This document shows positions 8,694 through 18,234 of a stretch of DNA of 64,000 bases, one piece after another. Position 1 is the stretch's first letter; the number at the start of each line of letters is the position of its first letter. The translations under genes were made by a program, and so were the position numbers. Under the pieces are notes generated by a model. That model ran no database searches, had not been told where the DNA came from, and saw only the letters and a list, made by a program, of their open reading frames with translations. The stretch is from Clostridia bacterium (GTDB lineage: Bacteria; Bacillota; Clostridia; Christensenellales; CAG-138): the NCBI GenBank assembly GCA_036677445.1, contig JAVBWI010000027.1, positions 21,453-85,452 on the forward strand, in the 5' to 3' direction.

Positions 8694-10142
8694 TTAGCCG
8701 CGCACGATCTCGTACGCTATGCCCAGCGCCTGTGCGATTTTCGCAATGGTATCCGCATGGTGCCCCACACCCAGCGCGTAATGGTGTGTCGGCCCCGCCA
8801 TCACCCATTTTTTAATGAATTCCTTTGTGGTAGGCGCAAAGAAGCCGCGCGTATTGGTGTTGCCCGTGGGGGGGATGGGTCCTTTCTTGGAAAGCCCTTC
8901 CCCGATGATAAACTTGAACTTGCCGTCAAACGTCTGCGATATGCACAGCATGGTGATGGGGCCTTCCTTGATCTTGAACTCCACGGAAGCGCCGCTGCCC
9001 GGCTTGCCGTGGTATTTCATAAGGCTGCGCAGCACGGGCTTTCCATCGGCGATGGCAATATGGTGCGGGCCGTCGTGGCCGACGAATATAAAGTCCTCGT
9101 CAAAATCGAAGGGATGGAATTCCGCGAAGCTGCCGCCGATGTTCAGGCGATCCATAATGAACATGGCCAGGCAGGTCTTGATATCGAACTCGCCGCACAT
9201 GGGCACGCCCTGCGCGTTAAGCAGCGAGTTTCCCACAATGAAGGAGCTGACCACGTTCTGGTGCGCGGAGTTGGGCAGGCCGTTGTAGTAATAGGCAAGC
9301 CCTGTGAGCGAATATTTTTCCACAAATTTATCCAGCGTGACGGCCGCCTTGGCCGCTTTGTACAAATCTGCGTCCGTCAGCTTGGTGGTGATGGGATCGC
9401 TTACAGGGTCGGGCGTATCGAAGCACTCCAGAATGAGGGCGCTCTTTTTTGCGATCTCTTCTTCGGTCACAGTCTCGTAAACGGCCAGCACGTCGTCCAC
9501 TTCCAAGAGGGGCACATGCACGCCGAATGCGCCGGATACCGCGGTGGGGTCGGCGTGCATATCGTACATGGCCTCCAGCACATGGCCCATCAGGCCGAAA
9601 CGCGCGCCCTTCAAATCGTGCAGCACCTTGGCGATATCGCACCAGTCGGCAAGCGCCTGCTGCGCCTCTAAATCGTCGTACAGGGTGCCGAGAATGACGT
9701 CGTTTATAGATTTACCCATGCGGACGGCGACGCCCGTAAACTCCGGCACGGAGCAGATATTGTCGTTTTCGAGCTGCTGACGGGTATTGGCATGGTCGTA
9801 ATCCATTTTGCGGCGGGGCTGCAGGGCCACGAGCACCATAGGCAGGTTCACATCCCGTATGATAGGTGCGAACACCGAGGAGGTGGCATACGTGAGCATA
9901 TTGCAAAACAGCAGGTCCAAGCGGCTGGACTTCATATCCTGCAGCGCCTGATACGCCTTTTCGCTCTCATCGATCATACCAAAATCCACGATTTCCACAT
10001 CCTGCGGTGACAGGAGCGCCTTGAAATCCTCGTGATATTCCATCAGCCTGTTCTGCAGCCCTTCAAACTGATCCCAGTAGGTGGGATGCGCGACGCCGAA
10101 GACGCCGATGCGGGCTGTGCGTTTCTTTAAGCGGTCTACCAT
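8694..10142 (-). CDS. L-fucose/L-arabinose isomerase superfamily protein
   Basis: SVPEF, GEFDIK, SFAEFH, GHDGP, GPTHH motifs; GGAGG RBS before ATG 10142. Confidence 0.8.
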   Translation of the reverse strand: MVDRLKKRTARIGVFGVAHPTYWDQFEGLQNRLMEYHEDFKALLSPQDVEIVDFGMIDESEKAYQALQDMKSSRLDLLFCNMLTYATSSVFAPIIRDVNLPMVLVALQPRRKMDYDHANTRQQLENDNICSVPEFTGVAVRMGKSINDVILGTLYDDLEAQQALADWCDIAKVLHDLKGARFGLMGHVLEAMYDMHADPTAVSGAFGVHVPLLEVDDVLAVYETVTEEEIAKKSALILECFDTPDPVSDPITTKLTDADLYKAAKAAVTLDKFVEKYSLTGLAYYYNGLPNSAHQNVVSSFIVGNSLLNAQGVPMCGEFDIKTCLAMFIMDRLNIGGSFAEFHPFDFDEDFIFVGHDGPHHIAIADGKPVLRSLMKYHGKPGSGASVEFKIKEGPITMLCISQTFDGKFKFIIGEGLSKKGPIPPTGNTNTRGFFAPTTKEFIKKWVMAGPTHHYALGVGHHADTIAKIAQALGIAYEIVRG

Positions 10143-10337
10143 GCTGTTTCCCTCCATTTGTTTGTTCTAAATTTGCATTGCAAATAACAGGCACTGTAAA
10201 AGACTTGTGCCATCGTGCAACAAAGCCTTGTTTTTTCTTAGATTATGATTGATTATAGTACGATTCCGTGCTTTAATGAATGTAGATTTCAAATTTGTAT
10301 TTGTTTAAAATGAACATTCACGGCAGGAGGTTCCCAA

Positions 10338-11225
10338 ATGCAGGCGCCTGTAAGAATGCCCTTTTCCGGCATCAGGCCGCTCGTGCGGTATGTACAATCC
10401 CTCGATGTATCGAAGGGTGAATTCCCCGTTTTTACCCAGCCATACGACTGCCGCCTGTTTTATGTGTACAGGGGCGGCGGCGAGATATACATTGAGGATA
10501 AGGTCTATGCGTTCCACCGCGGCGATATCGCCATGTGGCAACCGGGGACCCGTTACCGAATGGATACTGCGGACAGCAAGTCCATGCAGTTTCTCGCGGT
10601 CAACTTCGATTATACGCAAGATTTCCGCTTCAAAGATTTTCCCATTCCGCCCGACCGCTCTGATCAGTTCCGCGAAGAGGAAATGCTGTTTCGGGTGGCG
10701 TTTACAGACATTGCCCGCCTGAACGAACCGGTCTACCTCACCGGCATGCAGCCGGTGGAGGACGCCCTGCTCGAAATGAAGCGGGAATACCAGAGCAAGC
10801 GGGTATATTATCGGGAGCGCCTCTCGGGATTGATGCTCTCCATTTTGGGGCAGATCGCCCGCAAAATCTCCCTTGGCGTTACCGAACAGACGGACGCCCA
10901 GCAAAAGATCGAGCAGGTCATCGCATACATTCAGGCGCACTGCGCGGAGGATATCTCCAACGAAAGTATCGGCGCGCTGTTCAATTACCATCCCAATTAC
11001 CTGAACAAGCAGATGGTGCTCTACACGGAAAAGCCGCTGCACCAGTACCTCATCGCCTGCCGGATCGCCAAGGCCATCGACCTGATACTCAGCACGAACG
11101 ATCCTATCAGTGAAATTGCCGCGTCGGTCGGCTTCAACGATATCTGCCACTTCTCCAAGCTCTTTAAGCAAAAGACAGGCAGCAGCCCCAGCGATTTTCG
11201 GCGCGCCTCGCTCAAGGGAAGATGA
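10338..11225 (+). CDS. AraC family transcriptional regulator
   Basis: N-terminal cupin-like region; C-terminal double HTH (ISEIAASVGFNDICHFSKLFKQKTGSSPSDFR). Confidence 0.92.
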   Translation: MQAPVRMPFSGIRPLVRYVQSLDVSKGEFPVFTQPYDCRLFYVYRGGGEIYIEDKVYAFHRGDIAMWQPGTRYRMDTADSKSMQFLAVNFDYTQDFRFKDFPIPPDRSDQFREEEMLFRVAFTDIARLNEPVYLTGMQPVEDALLEMKREYQSKRVYYRERLSGLMLSILGQIARKISLGVTEQTDAQQKIEQVIAYIQAHCAEDISNESIGALFNYHPNYLNKQMVLYTEKPLHQYLIACRIAKAIDLILSTNDPISEIAASVGFNDICHFSKLFKQKTGSSPSDFRRASLKGR

Positions 11226-11540
11226 TTATTCCATCAGGAAAACGCAGGCGGGCGGAGGAACGGTTTCTCCTTCCCGTTGGATGGGGTAGAGAATATCCGC
11301 CATATAGCCGCTCCACTTAGCCTGCACGGGGCTTACGGCTTTTTTCGCATCCGTCGCGGCAAGGTCGCCGCTTTCGTAATACCCGAACACTTTGCCTTCG
11401 AAGAGCCATATGGAGTAATTGCGGATGCCCGCCTCGCGCAGCATCGCAAGCATTTCCGGCCAGATCTCGCGGTGGCGGCGGATATACTCCTGCTCCATGC
11501 CTTCCCTGAGGCCCAGCACAAATGCGCGCCGTTGTGCCAT
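11226..11540 (-). CDS. rhaM: L-rhamnose mutarotase
   Basis: EYIRRHREIWPEM..LREAGIRNYSIW..FGYYE, 104 aa, next to rhaA. Confidence 0.88.
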   Translation of the reverse strand: MAQRRAFVLGLREGMEQEYIRRHREIWPEMLAMLREAGIRNYSIWLFEGKVFGYYESGDLAATDAKKAVSPVQAKWSGYMADILYPIQREGETVPPPACVFLME

Positions 11541-11544
11541 GTGC

Positions 11545-12555
11545 TTATATCTTGCGCTTGAGGCTTCCGCCCTTGATCGCGTCGATGGAGACGGAAATCA
11601 ATAGCACCGCGCCGATGATAACGTCCTGCCAGAATGTCTGTACATTGAGCATTGTCATGCCGTTATTGAGCGTACACAGCACCAGCACGCCGATGAATGT
11701 GCCCAGTATGGTGCCGCGGCCGCCCGTGAGGCCCGCGCCGCCCAATATTACGGCGGAAAGCGCCTGCATGTTGGTGTTCATCGCCGCCATGGGCAGCCCC
11801 GAGCCGGTCTGCGCCGCGAGCATGATGCTGGCCACGCCCGCCATGGTGCCGTTGATAACATACAGCAGGAACTTGATGCGGTTGACCTTGATGCCCGAAA
11901 GAAAGCTCGCCTGCGGGTTGCCGCCGATCATATAAATCGTGCGGCCGAACACGGTGTATTTGGAAATAAAGTGGAACAGCAGGTAGCAGACCACCATTAC
12001 GATCAGCGTGAAGGGGATGCCGGCGACATAGCCGCGGCCGATAAACTTGAACGCGGGGTCCGAGATGACCAGCGTCTGCCCGTCCGAAATCAAATAGGCG
12101 ATGCCGCGCAGCATCTGCATGCTGGCGATGGTGGTGATGAACGCGTTGAGCTTGAGCACCGTAATGAAAAAGCCGTTGAACGAGCCCACCAGCGCGCCGG
12201 CGAGTATACCGCCCAGCAGCGTGACAATGATGTTGCTGTTTTCCATCCGAGCCAGCACCGCGACCACCATGCCCACCACCGCGATCTGCGAGCCTACGGA
12301 AATGTCGATGGAGCCGGAAACGTTGATAAACGTCATGCTGCACGCGACCGTCCCCACGATGGCGGCGTACAGGCCGATGTTCAGGAAGTTGCTCATGCGG
12401 AAAAAGTAAGGCGAATTGAGCCCGAAGAATATGATGAGCACCACCAATGCCGTACTGACTGTCAATATGGAGGATGCATCGCCGGATGAAAGCCTCTTTT
12501 TCATGACGCCGATCCATCCTTCCCGGCCCATGCTGTTGTTCTCCTGGTTCACCAT
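11545..12555 (-). CDS. Monosaccharide ABC transporter permease (RbsC-like)
   Basis: Hydrophobic; GSIDISVGS, GRTIYMIGGNPQASFLSGIKV, AVILGGAGLTGGRG. Confidence 0.92.
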   Translation of the reverse strand: MVNQENNSMGREGWIGVMKKRLSSGDASSILTVSTALVVLIIFFGLNSPYFFRMSNFLNIGLYAAIVGTVACSMTFINVSGSIDISVGSQIAVVGMVVAVLARMENSNIIVTLLGGILAGALVGSFNGFFITVLKLNAFITTIASMQMLRGIAYLISDGQTLVISDPAFKFIGRGYVAGIPFTLIVMVVCYLLFHFISKYTVFGRTIYMIGGNPQASFLSGIKVNRIKFLLYVINGTMAGVASIMLAAQTGSGLPMAAMNTNMQALSAVILGGAGLTGGRGTILGTFIGVLVLCTLNNGMTMLNVQTFWQDVIIGAVLLISVSIDAIKGGSLKRKI

Positions 12556-12560
12556 TGTTG

Positions 12561-14090
12561 TCAGCCTCCAATCGCGTATTGTATCACAGATTCCTGCGAA
12601 GCCTCTTTGGCATTGAGCAGGCCCGTTATTTCGCCGTCGTGCATGATCATGATCCGGTCGGACATCGTCAAAAGCTCAGGCATTTCGGAGGTGATCATGA
12701 TCACGCATTTGCCTTTCTGGCAAAGGTCGTCCAGTATCTTGTAAATCTCCGCCTTGGAGCCGACGTCGATGCCCCGGGTAGGTTCGTTTAAAATGAGTAT
12801 TTCCGGCTCCAACTCCAGCCATTTGGAAAGCACCACCTTCTGCTGGTTGCCGCCGGAGAGCGACTCGGCCCGCGTATCCGCCGACGGGGTTTTGATCTTG
12901 AGGTTCCTGATCCACTTTGCGGTGATGGTATCCTCCAGCCTGCGGTTGGTAAGCTTGTGCCTGGTATTCTTGGAATAAAAGGATACCAGCATGTTGTTCC
13001 GGATAGAGCTGTTGAGTATCAGGCCTTCCGTCTTGCGCTCCGCTGGCACATAGGCGATGCCGCACCTGAGCGCGTCGAGCGGGCTCTTAATGGAAACCGG
13101 CTTGCCGCCGACTTTTATTTCACCGCCGTATACGATATCCTGCCCGAAGAGCGCAGGGCCAAGCTCCTGATGGCCGGAGCCCAGGAGCCCATATATGCCG
13201 AAAATCTCCCCTTTTCGGGCGGAAAAGCTCACATTTTTGAGGGAGGCGTTGGTCAGCCCTTCCACCTCAATGGCGACCTCCCCCACCTGAGCGCACTCCT
13301 TCGGGTACATATCCGAAATGGTGCGGCCCACCATCATGGCGATCAGCTGCTCCTTGGTGGCATCCTTGACGTCGATATGCCCCGTTACATGGCCGTCGCG
13401 CAGCACCACGACGCGGTGCGCCACCGTAAATATCTCATCCAGCTTATGTGAAATGTATATAATGGAGATGCCGTCGCGGGAAGCCTGCCGGATGAACTTA
13501 AAAAGGTTTTCCGTTTCCACATCGTTCAATGCGGAGGTAGGTTCGTCCATGATCAGGACCTTCACGTCGTTGGCAATCACCTTTGCGATCTCTATCAATT
13601 GCTTTTGCGCCACGCTGCACTTTCCGATGGGAATGCGCGGATCGATATCCACGCCGATACGGCCCATGATTTTTTTCGCGCCTTCATACATGCTGCGATA
13701 ATCCACCATCAGGCCCTTTTTCGGAATATCCCCCATATAAATGTTTTCCGCCACGGATACGGTGGCGACATAATTGAGTTCCTGGTGTATAATGCCCACG
13801 CCGGCCATTTTGGCCTCGGAAGGCAGATGAAACTTCACCTGTTTCCCCTCCAGCTCGATGGTGCCGCTGTCGCAGCTGTACACGCCGGAAAGAATTTTAA
13901 TCAGCGTGGATTTGCCCGCGCCGTTTTCACCGAGCAGCGCAACGACTTCGCCCCTCTTCACCTCCAGGCTGACGTTGGAAAGCGCCTTTACGCCGGGAAA
14001 TTCCTTGGAGATACCCGTCGCGCGAAGCACTACCTCCCGCCCGTCCGCATCGCACGAATCGGACATACAGGCCTGTATTCTTTCATCCAA
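12561..14090 (-). CDS. Monosaccharide ABC transporter ATPase (RbsA-like, two NBDs); start uncertain
   Basis: GENGAGKST, IHQE, IMDEPT, LSGGNQQKV; TTG 14090 chosen after GAGGTG. Confidence 0.9.
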   Translation of the reverse strand: MDERIQACMSDSCDADGREVVLRATGISKEFPGVKALSNVSLEVKRGEVVALLGENGAGKSTLIKILSGVYSCDSGTIELEGKQVKFHLPSEAKMAGVGIIHQELNYVATVSVAENIYMGDIPKKGLMVDYRSMYEGAKKIMGRIGVDIDPRIPIGKCSVAQKQLIEIAKVIANDVKVLIMDEPTSALNDVETENLFKFIRQASRDGISIIYISHKLDEIFTVAHRVVVLRDGHVTGHIDVKDATKEQLIAMMVGRTISDMYPKECAQVGEVAIEVEGLTNASLKNVSFSARKGEIFGIYGLLGSGHQELGPALFGQDIVYGGEIKVGGKPVSIKSPLDALRCGIAYVPAERKTEGLILNSSIRNNMLVSFYSKNTRHKLTNRRLEDTITAKWIRNLKIKTPSADTRAESLSGGNQQKVVLSKWLELEPEILILNEPTRGIDVGSKAEIYKILDDLCQKGKCVIMITSEMPELLTMSDRIMIMHDGEITGLLNAKEASQESVIQYAIGG

Positions 14091-14151
14091 TGCCTTCACC
14101 TCATTTTCGCAGTCCCTGCGCCGCATACCGGCGCGGCAGTTATCCTACCTG

Positions 14152-14186
14152 CCTCGCGCCGGCAGGATGCTCCCGCCGGCGCGAGG
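14152..14186 (-). other. Intra-operon stem-loop after the solute-binding protein gene
   Basis: CCTCGCGCCGGC..GCCGGCGCGAGG inverted repeat; a typical position for stabilising SBP mRNA. Confidence 0.5.
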
Positions 14187-14210
14187 CTCGTTTCACAAAT
14201 ACGTATCGAA

Positions 14211-15260
14211 TTACAGATTTGCCCAGGGCAAATTGTCGATGGGATAGTATTCCTTAATGTTGCTCCAGTCGATCATGATGTGGTCGATGTAGTACGCCTC
14301 TTCCAGCGGTTCGCCCGCGATCATCTTCTCGACGATGGGCATTACCCATTCGCCGTAGCGGTTGGGGAAGAAGCCTACGCTGCCGATCCAGGAGGTCTTG
14401 CCTTCCACGGCGTACATGGGCTCTACAAAGTCCGCGGTGCAGTTCTGGGAGGTGAGCACGATATGATCGGCACGGCCCGCCGTTTCGGCTGCCGCGTATA
14501 CGCCGCTTGCCGCAACGTCGTTGATGGTGGTGACGGCGATATGGGTGGCGTCCGGGTGCGCCATCAGGAAGTCCGCAAAGCGCTGCTGCGTGATCTGCGC
14601 GTCGTTCTGGCCGTCGATCTCGATGATCTGGTCATCGGTGAATTGGATGCCCGCATTGCGCAGGCCGCCGGGATACGCCTTAACGCGGGGTGCCACGGCC
14701 TCGCCGGATACCGGCTGAATGATCAAGACGACATAGTCCAGTTCGCCTTCCCAGTTTTCCTGAACGTATTTACCGGCAGATTCGCCCGCGATGGTGCCCG
14801 CGCGGGTGTTGTCCGCGCCGAAGAACACGGCACCCGGATGCGCGATATCCACCGCCACAACAGGGATGCCTGCGGCGTCGAATTTCTCCATGATGACCGG
14901 GGCGACAGCCTGGTCGACGTTGAACTCAATCATGTACTGGATTCCCATTGTGATCAGGTCGTCCGCGTTCTTAACGGCGGTGGCGCCGTCGGAGTTGTTG
15001 TCCACGCAAATGAGCTCCCAGCCGCGTGCGGCCGCTTCTTTTTCCATGGAATTGCGGACCTGCTTGCCAAAGGAGCCTTTTTCATTGATGTTTGCAAAGC
15101 CGACCTTGACAGGCGCCGCTTCCTCGGCAGGTTCTTCGGCGCCCGCGGGCGCCTCGGTGGCGGCCGGTGCCGCAGGCTCTTCGGTTGCCGCGGGCGCCGT
15201 GCAGGCAACAAGTGCAAATACCATCATGAAACAAAGTACAGAGAGTAAAAGTTTCTTCAT
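14211..15260 (-). CDS. Sugar ABC transporter substrate-binding lipoprotein
   Basis: Lipobox LVAC, Pro/Ala/Glu linker, periplasmic binding fold (FFGADNTRAG). Confidence 0.9.
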   Translation of the reverse strand: MKKLLLSVLCFMMVFALVACTAPAATEEPAAPAATEAPAGAEEPAEEAAPVKVGFANINEKGSFGKQVRNSMEKEAAARGWELICVDNNSDGATAVKNADDLITMGIQYMIEFNVDQAVAPVIMEKFDAAGIPVVAVDIAHPGAVFFGADNTRAGTIAGESAGKYVQENWEGELDYVVLIIQPVSGEAVAPRVKAYPGGLRNAGIQFTDDQIIEIDGQNDAQITQQRFADFLMAHPDATHIAVTTINDVAASGVYAAAETAGRADHIVLTSQNCTADFVEPMYAVEGKTSWIGSVGFFPNRYGEWVMPIVEKMIAGEPLEEAYYIDHIMIDWSNIKEYYPIDNLPWANL

Positions 15261-15477
15261 TGGAACATTCCCCTTTCCTTATGTGACTGTTTTTCGTCCC
15301 CTGGGGGACAAATGGATTTTCATTGACAGATTAAATCAGATACGCGCAACATTGCATCAGTTTGTGATGTTATATGATTTTTATTGCTCGATTCTGATTA
15401 TAGGGAGTAACCTTCCGCTCTGTCAATGCAGGAAGGGGAACTGGTTTATTTTTCACTGGGATATTCATTTTGCACAA

Positions 15478-16986
15478 TCAGAGGCTATGGGAGAGTATGG
15501 CTTCCTTGTCAAATTCAGCTCGCTCGAGTACGGTGTAATCGCCGCCGTTGCGCAGCACGAGGATACGGTCGCACATGCCGGTCAGCTCGTCGATGTGCGA
15601 GGAAGCCAGGAGTATTGTGCCGCCTTTTTGCACAAAGTTGCTCATAAAATTGTAGATCTCAATTTTGGAGGATTTATCGATATTCCGGGTCGGCTCTTCC
15701 AATATTAATATCCGGCTGTTGGAAAACAGCAGCCTGCAGAGCAGCACCTTTTGCTGGTTGCCCGTGCTCAGGCAGGAGACCTTTTCCCGCATGGAGCCGG
15801 TCTTGATATTAAAACGGCGCACATACCGCCTTGCGACGTTTTCTTCCTTATCCCTGCGCAGCAGGCCAAGCAGGCGAAGCGCCTTCAGGTTGCTCAGCGA
15901 AATATTGGGCGCGATGGGAAACTCGTTTTGCAGGCCGCATTCCACGCGGTCCTCCTGCAAATGGCCGATCCCAAAGCGCATGGCGTCCCCGGGGCTTTTG
16001 ATGCTTACCTTCTGCCCGTGCAGGTACAGCGCGCCGTCCGTGATATGGTCCAGGCCGTAGATCGCGCGCGGTATCGCCATGCGCAGCTCCGTTCGAAGGG
16101 CGGAAATGCCGAGTATCTCCCCGCGGTACAAATCCATATTCAAATGCCGGAGGCCCCCCTGCGTGGATACATCCGCAAGCCGCAGCATGGGCGGCCCGTG
16201 CAGTGAGCGCAGTTTGGGATAAATATCCGGCGTTTCCATGTGCTTGCCCGAGAGTATTTCCATCAGCCGTTTGCTGCTGATGGCGTCGTTTTGCACCGTG
16301 TCCGCCAAGCGGCCGTTTTCGAGCACCATCACTTCGTCCACGATTTGCAGCATGGTATTGAGCCGGTGTGTGGTGATGAGCACGCAACCGCCCTTTTGCG
16401 CGATCTGCTCAAACATGTGCAGTATCGCCGCATAATTCGGGTCCTCCGGCGAGAAATCCGGTTCGTCGAACACCACGAGCCGTGCTGAGGCCCGGTACGC
16501 CCGCATCAGCTCCACCAGCCGTCCATCGCGCAGGCTGAGCGAGGAAGCCGGGGCAAACACATCCATCCTGATGTGCAGCGAGGCGTACAGCGCCGCGGCC
16601 TCCCTGTACAGCTCCTTCCATTTGATTAGGCCGATGGCGCTTTTCGGGTACATGTCCCGCAGCGTGTTTTCCGCAATGCTGAGCGTGCCGATCAGGTTGG
16701 AGGTATTGAGTATGCAGAATATGCCGTTTTTATCCGCATCCGCAGGCTCCCTGGGCGCGAACGGCTTTCCGAACAGGCGTATCTCGCCGCTGTCCGGCCG
16801 GACCAGGCCCGCAATATGGTGTAAAAGCGTACTTTTCCCCGATCCGTTCTGCCCCACGATGCCATAGATGCGCCCGCTGTAAAACGCCGCGCTTACATCA
16901 CAAAGCGCGAGCGTATCGTCATACCGCTTTGTGATATGACGCAGTTCCAAAATGGGCTCTGTCTCCATGCCGCGCCCCTCTTTCAT
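15478..16986 (-). CDS. Second, degenerate sugar-type ABC ATPase (alternative start 16968)
   Basis: GQNGSGKST, VFDEP, LSTGNQQKV, LEEPT; overlaps DeoR stop (ATGA). Confidence 0.85.
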   Translation of the reverse strand: MKEGRGMETEPILELRHITKRYDDTLALCDVSAAFYSGRIYGIVGQNGSGKSTLLHHIAGLVRPDSGEIRLFGKPFAPREPADADKNGIFCILNTSNLIGTLSIAENTLRDMYPKSAIGLIKWKELYREAAALYASLHIRMDVFAPASSLSLRDGRLVELMRAYRASARLVVFDEPDFSPEDPNYAAILHMFEQIAQKGGCVLITTHRLNTMLQIVDEVMVLENGRLADTVQNDAISSKRLMEILSGKHMETPDIYPKLRSLHGPPMLRLADVSTQGGLRHLNMDLYRGEILGISALRTELRMAIPRAIYGLDHITDGALYLHGQKVSIKSPGDAMRFGIGHLQEDRVECGLQNEFPIAPNISLSNLKALRLLGLLRRDKEENVARRYVRRFNIKTGSMREKVSCLSTGNQQKVLLCRLLFSNSRILILEEPTRNIDKSSKIEIYNFMSNFVQKGGTILLASSHIDELTGMCDRILVLRNGGDYTVLERAEFDKEAILSHSL

Positions 16987-17756
16987 TCCGTAGTCGTGTA
17001 CAGCTTCACGTTGTGATCGTAAAAGAATACTTTGTATTTTGCTTCGATCTGTATATTTGATACCACACGCGAAAAGCGGTCGAGCGGCGCAAGGGGGACA
17101 AACGCCCGCTTGCCGAATTTTGTATAATCCATCAGCATGATGGTCTCCTGCGCGCGTTCCATGACCATTTTGTTGAGCACCGCCTGCTCCCGGCTGGATA
17201 CGGTATATCCGGCGTGGATGGTAGCGCCCTGCGCGGACAGAAACGCCTTATCGATGTACATGTTTTCCATATTGGTGTGCGCGTACATGCCGCAGGTCGA
17301 AAGCCTCCCGTCAAGAAGTTCCACATCGCCTCCGAGCAGCACCGTGGAAATTTCCGGCCTTCGCACCGTTTCGGCGACAACGTCCAGATTATTCGTTACC
17401 ACGATCAGGTTATGAAGCCTGGGCAAATGGCGCGCAAAGCATGCGCCCGTGCTGCCGGAACCTATAAAGACCGCCTCCCCCTCCTCGATCATTTGCGCGG
17501 CGATCTGACCGATGAGGTTCTTTTCGTGGGAGAACACGTCCGTGCCCATATTGATGGACACTTCGTCCGTTTCGCTTTCCACCAGCATAGCGCCCCCGTG
17601 CTCCTTGCGTAAGAAGCCCTCCTCGCCCAACTGATCCAGGTCGCGGCGCACCGTGGCAAGCGAGACGCTCAGCAGTGAGCAGAGCGTGTTCACATCCACA
17701 TGCTTGTATTCCAACAATATTTCTTTGATCTTCTTCCGGCGTTCCGCTGCAAACAT
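16983..17756 (-). CDS. DeoR/GlpR family transcriptional regulator
   Basis: ERRKKI..SVSLATVRRDLDQL..HGGA HTH; FIGSGST, VVTNNL, DYTKFG sensor domain. Confidence 0.93.
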   Translation of the reverse strand: MFAAERRKKIKEILLEYKHVDVNTLCSLLSVSLATVRRDLDQLGEEGFLRKEHGGAMLVESETDEVSINMGTDVFSHEKNLIGQIAAQMIEEGEAVFIGSGSTGACFARHLPRLHNLIVVTNNLDVVAETVRRPEISTVLLGGDVELLDGRLSTCGMYAHTNMENMYIDKAFLSAQGATIHAGYTVSSREQAVLNKMVMERAQETIMLMDYTKFGKRAFVPLAPLDRFSRVVSNIQIEAKYKVFFYDHNVKLYTTTE

Positions 17757-18234
17757 ATGCGCTCCCCTCGATGTGGTGAAATACTCAACAACATCATAAC
17801 ATGCCGAAAAATGCAGTACAATTCATAACGCTCAAAAAACATCAGAAACGTGTAAATGTATGCATCACAAATACACGCGGCCATTGGAGACTGGCGCGCC
17901 GCATGGCGTCAACCGGTGCGCTCGCAAAATGTGTATTCATATATGGTTTTGTTTTTTTATACTGAGATATTTTTCTGGCCAAATAAGATATTTTAGAAGT
18001 AATTTTATAAAAAATGTATATTCGGACCAAAAAAAGTGGTGAATAAGATTGTCCTGCGGCCGGGATGAGGGCGGCAGGATGTATAGTAGATGTACGCTGA
18101 TATCTTGCCCTATTTGCAGTTTCCATGTTTACCGGGCGTAAATCCGGGAATAAAAGCGATATCCTGTTGTCGGTCATAGTGCGTTGCAAGCGACCGATGA
18201 TACCGATAAATACAATCACAAAGGAGGAATGGAC

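Noticed and set aside
12700-12800. Walker B D-to-N change (ILNEPT) in the transporter ATPase as a sign of inactivity
   Set aside because: It lies in the second NBD, which forms the degenerate site in RbsA-type ATPases; the consensus-site motifs are intact.
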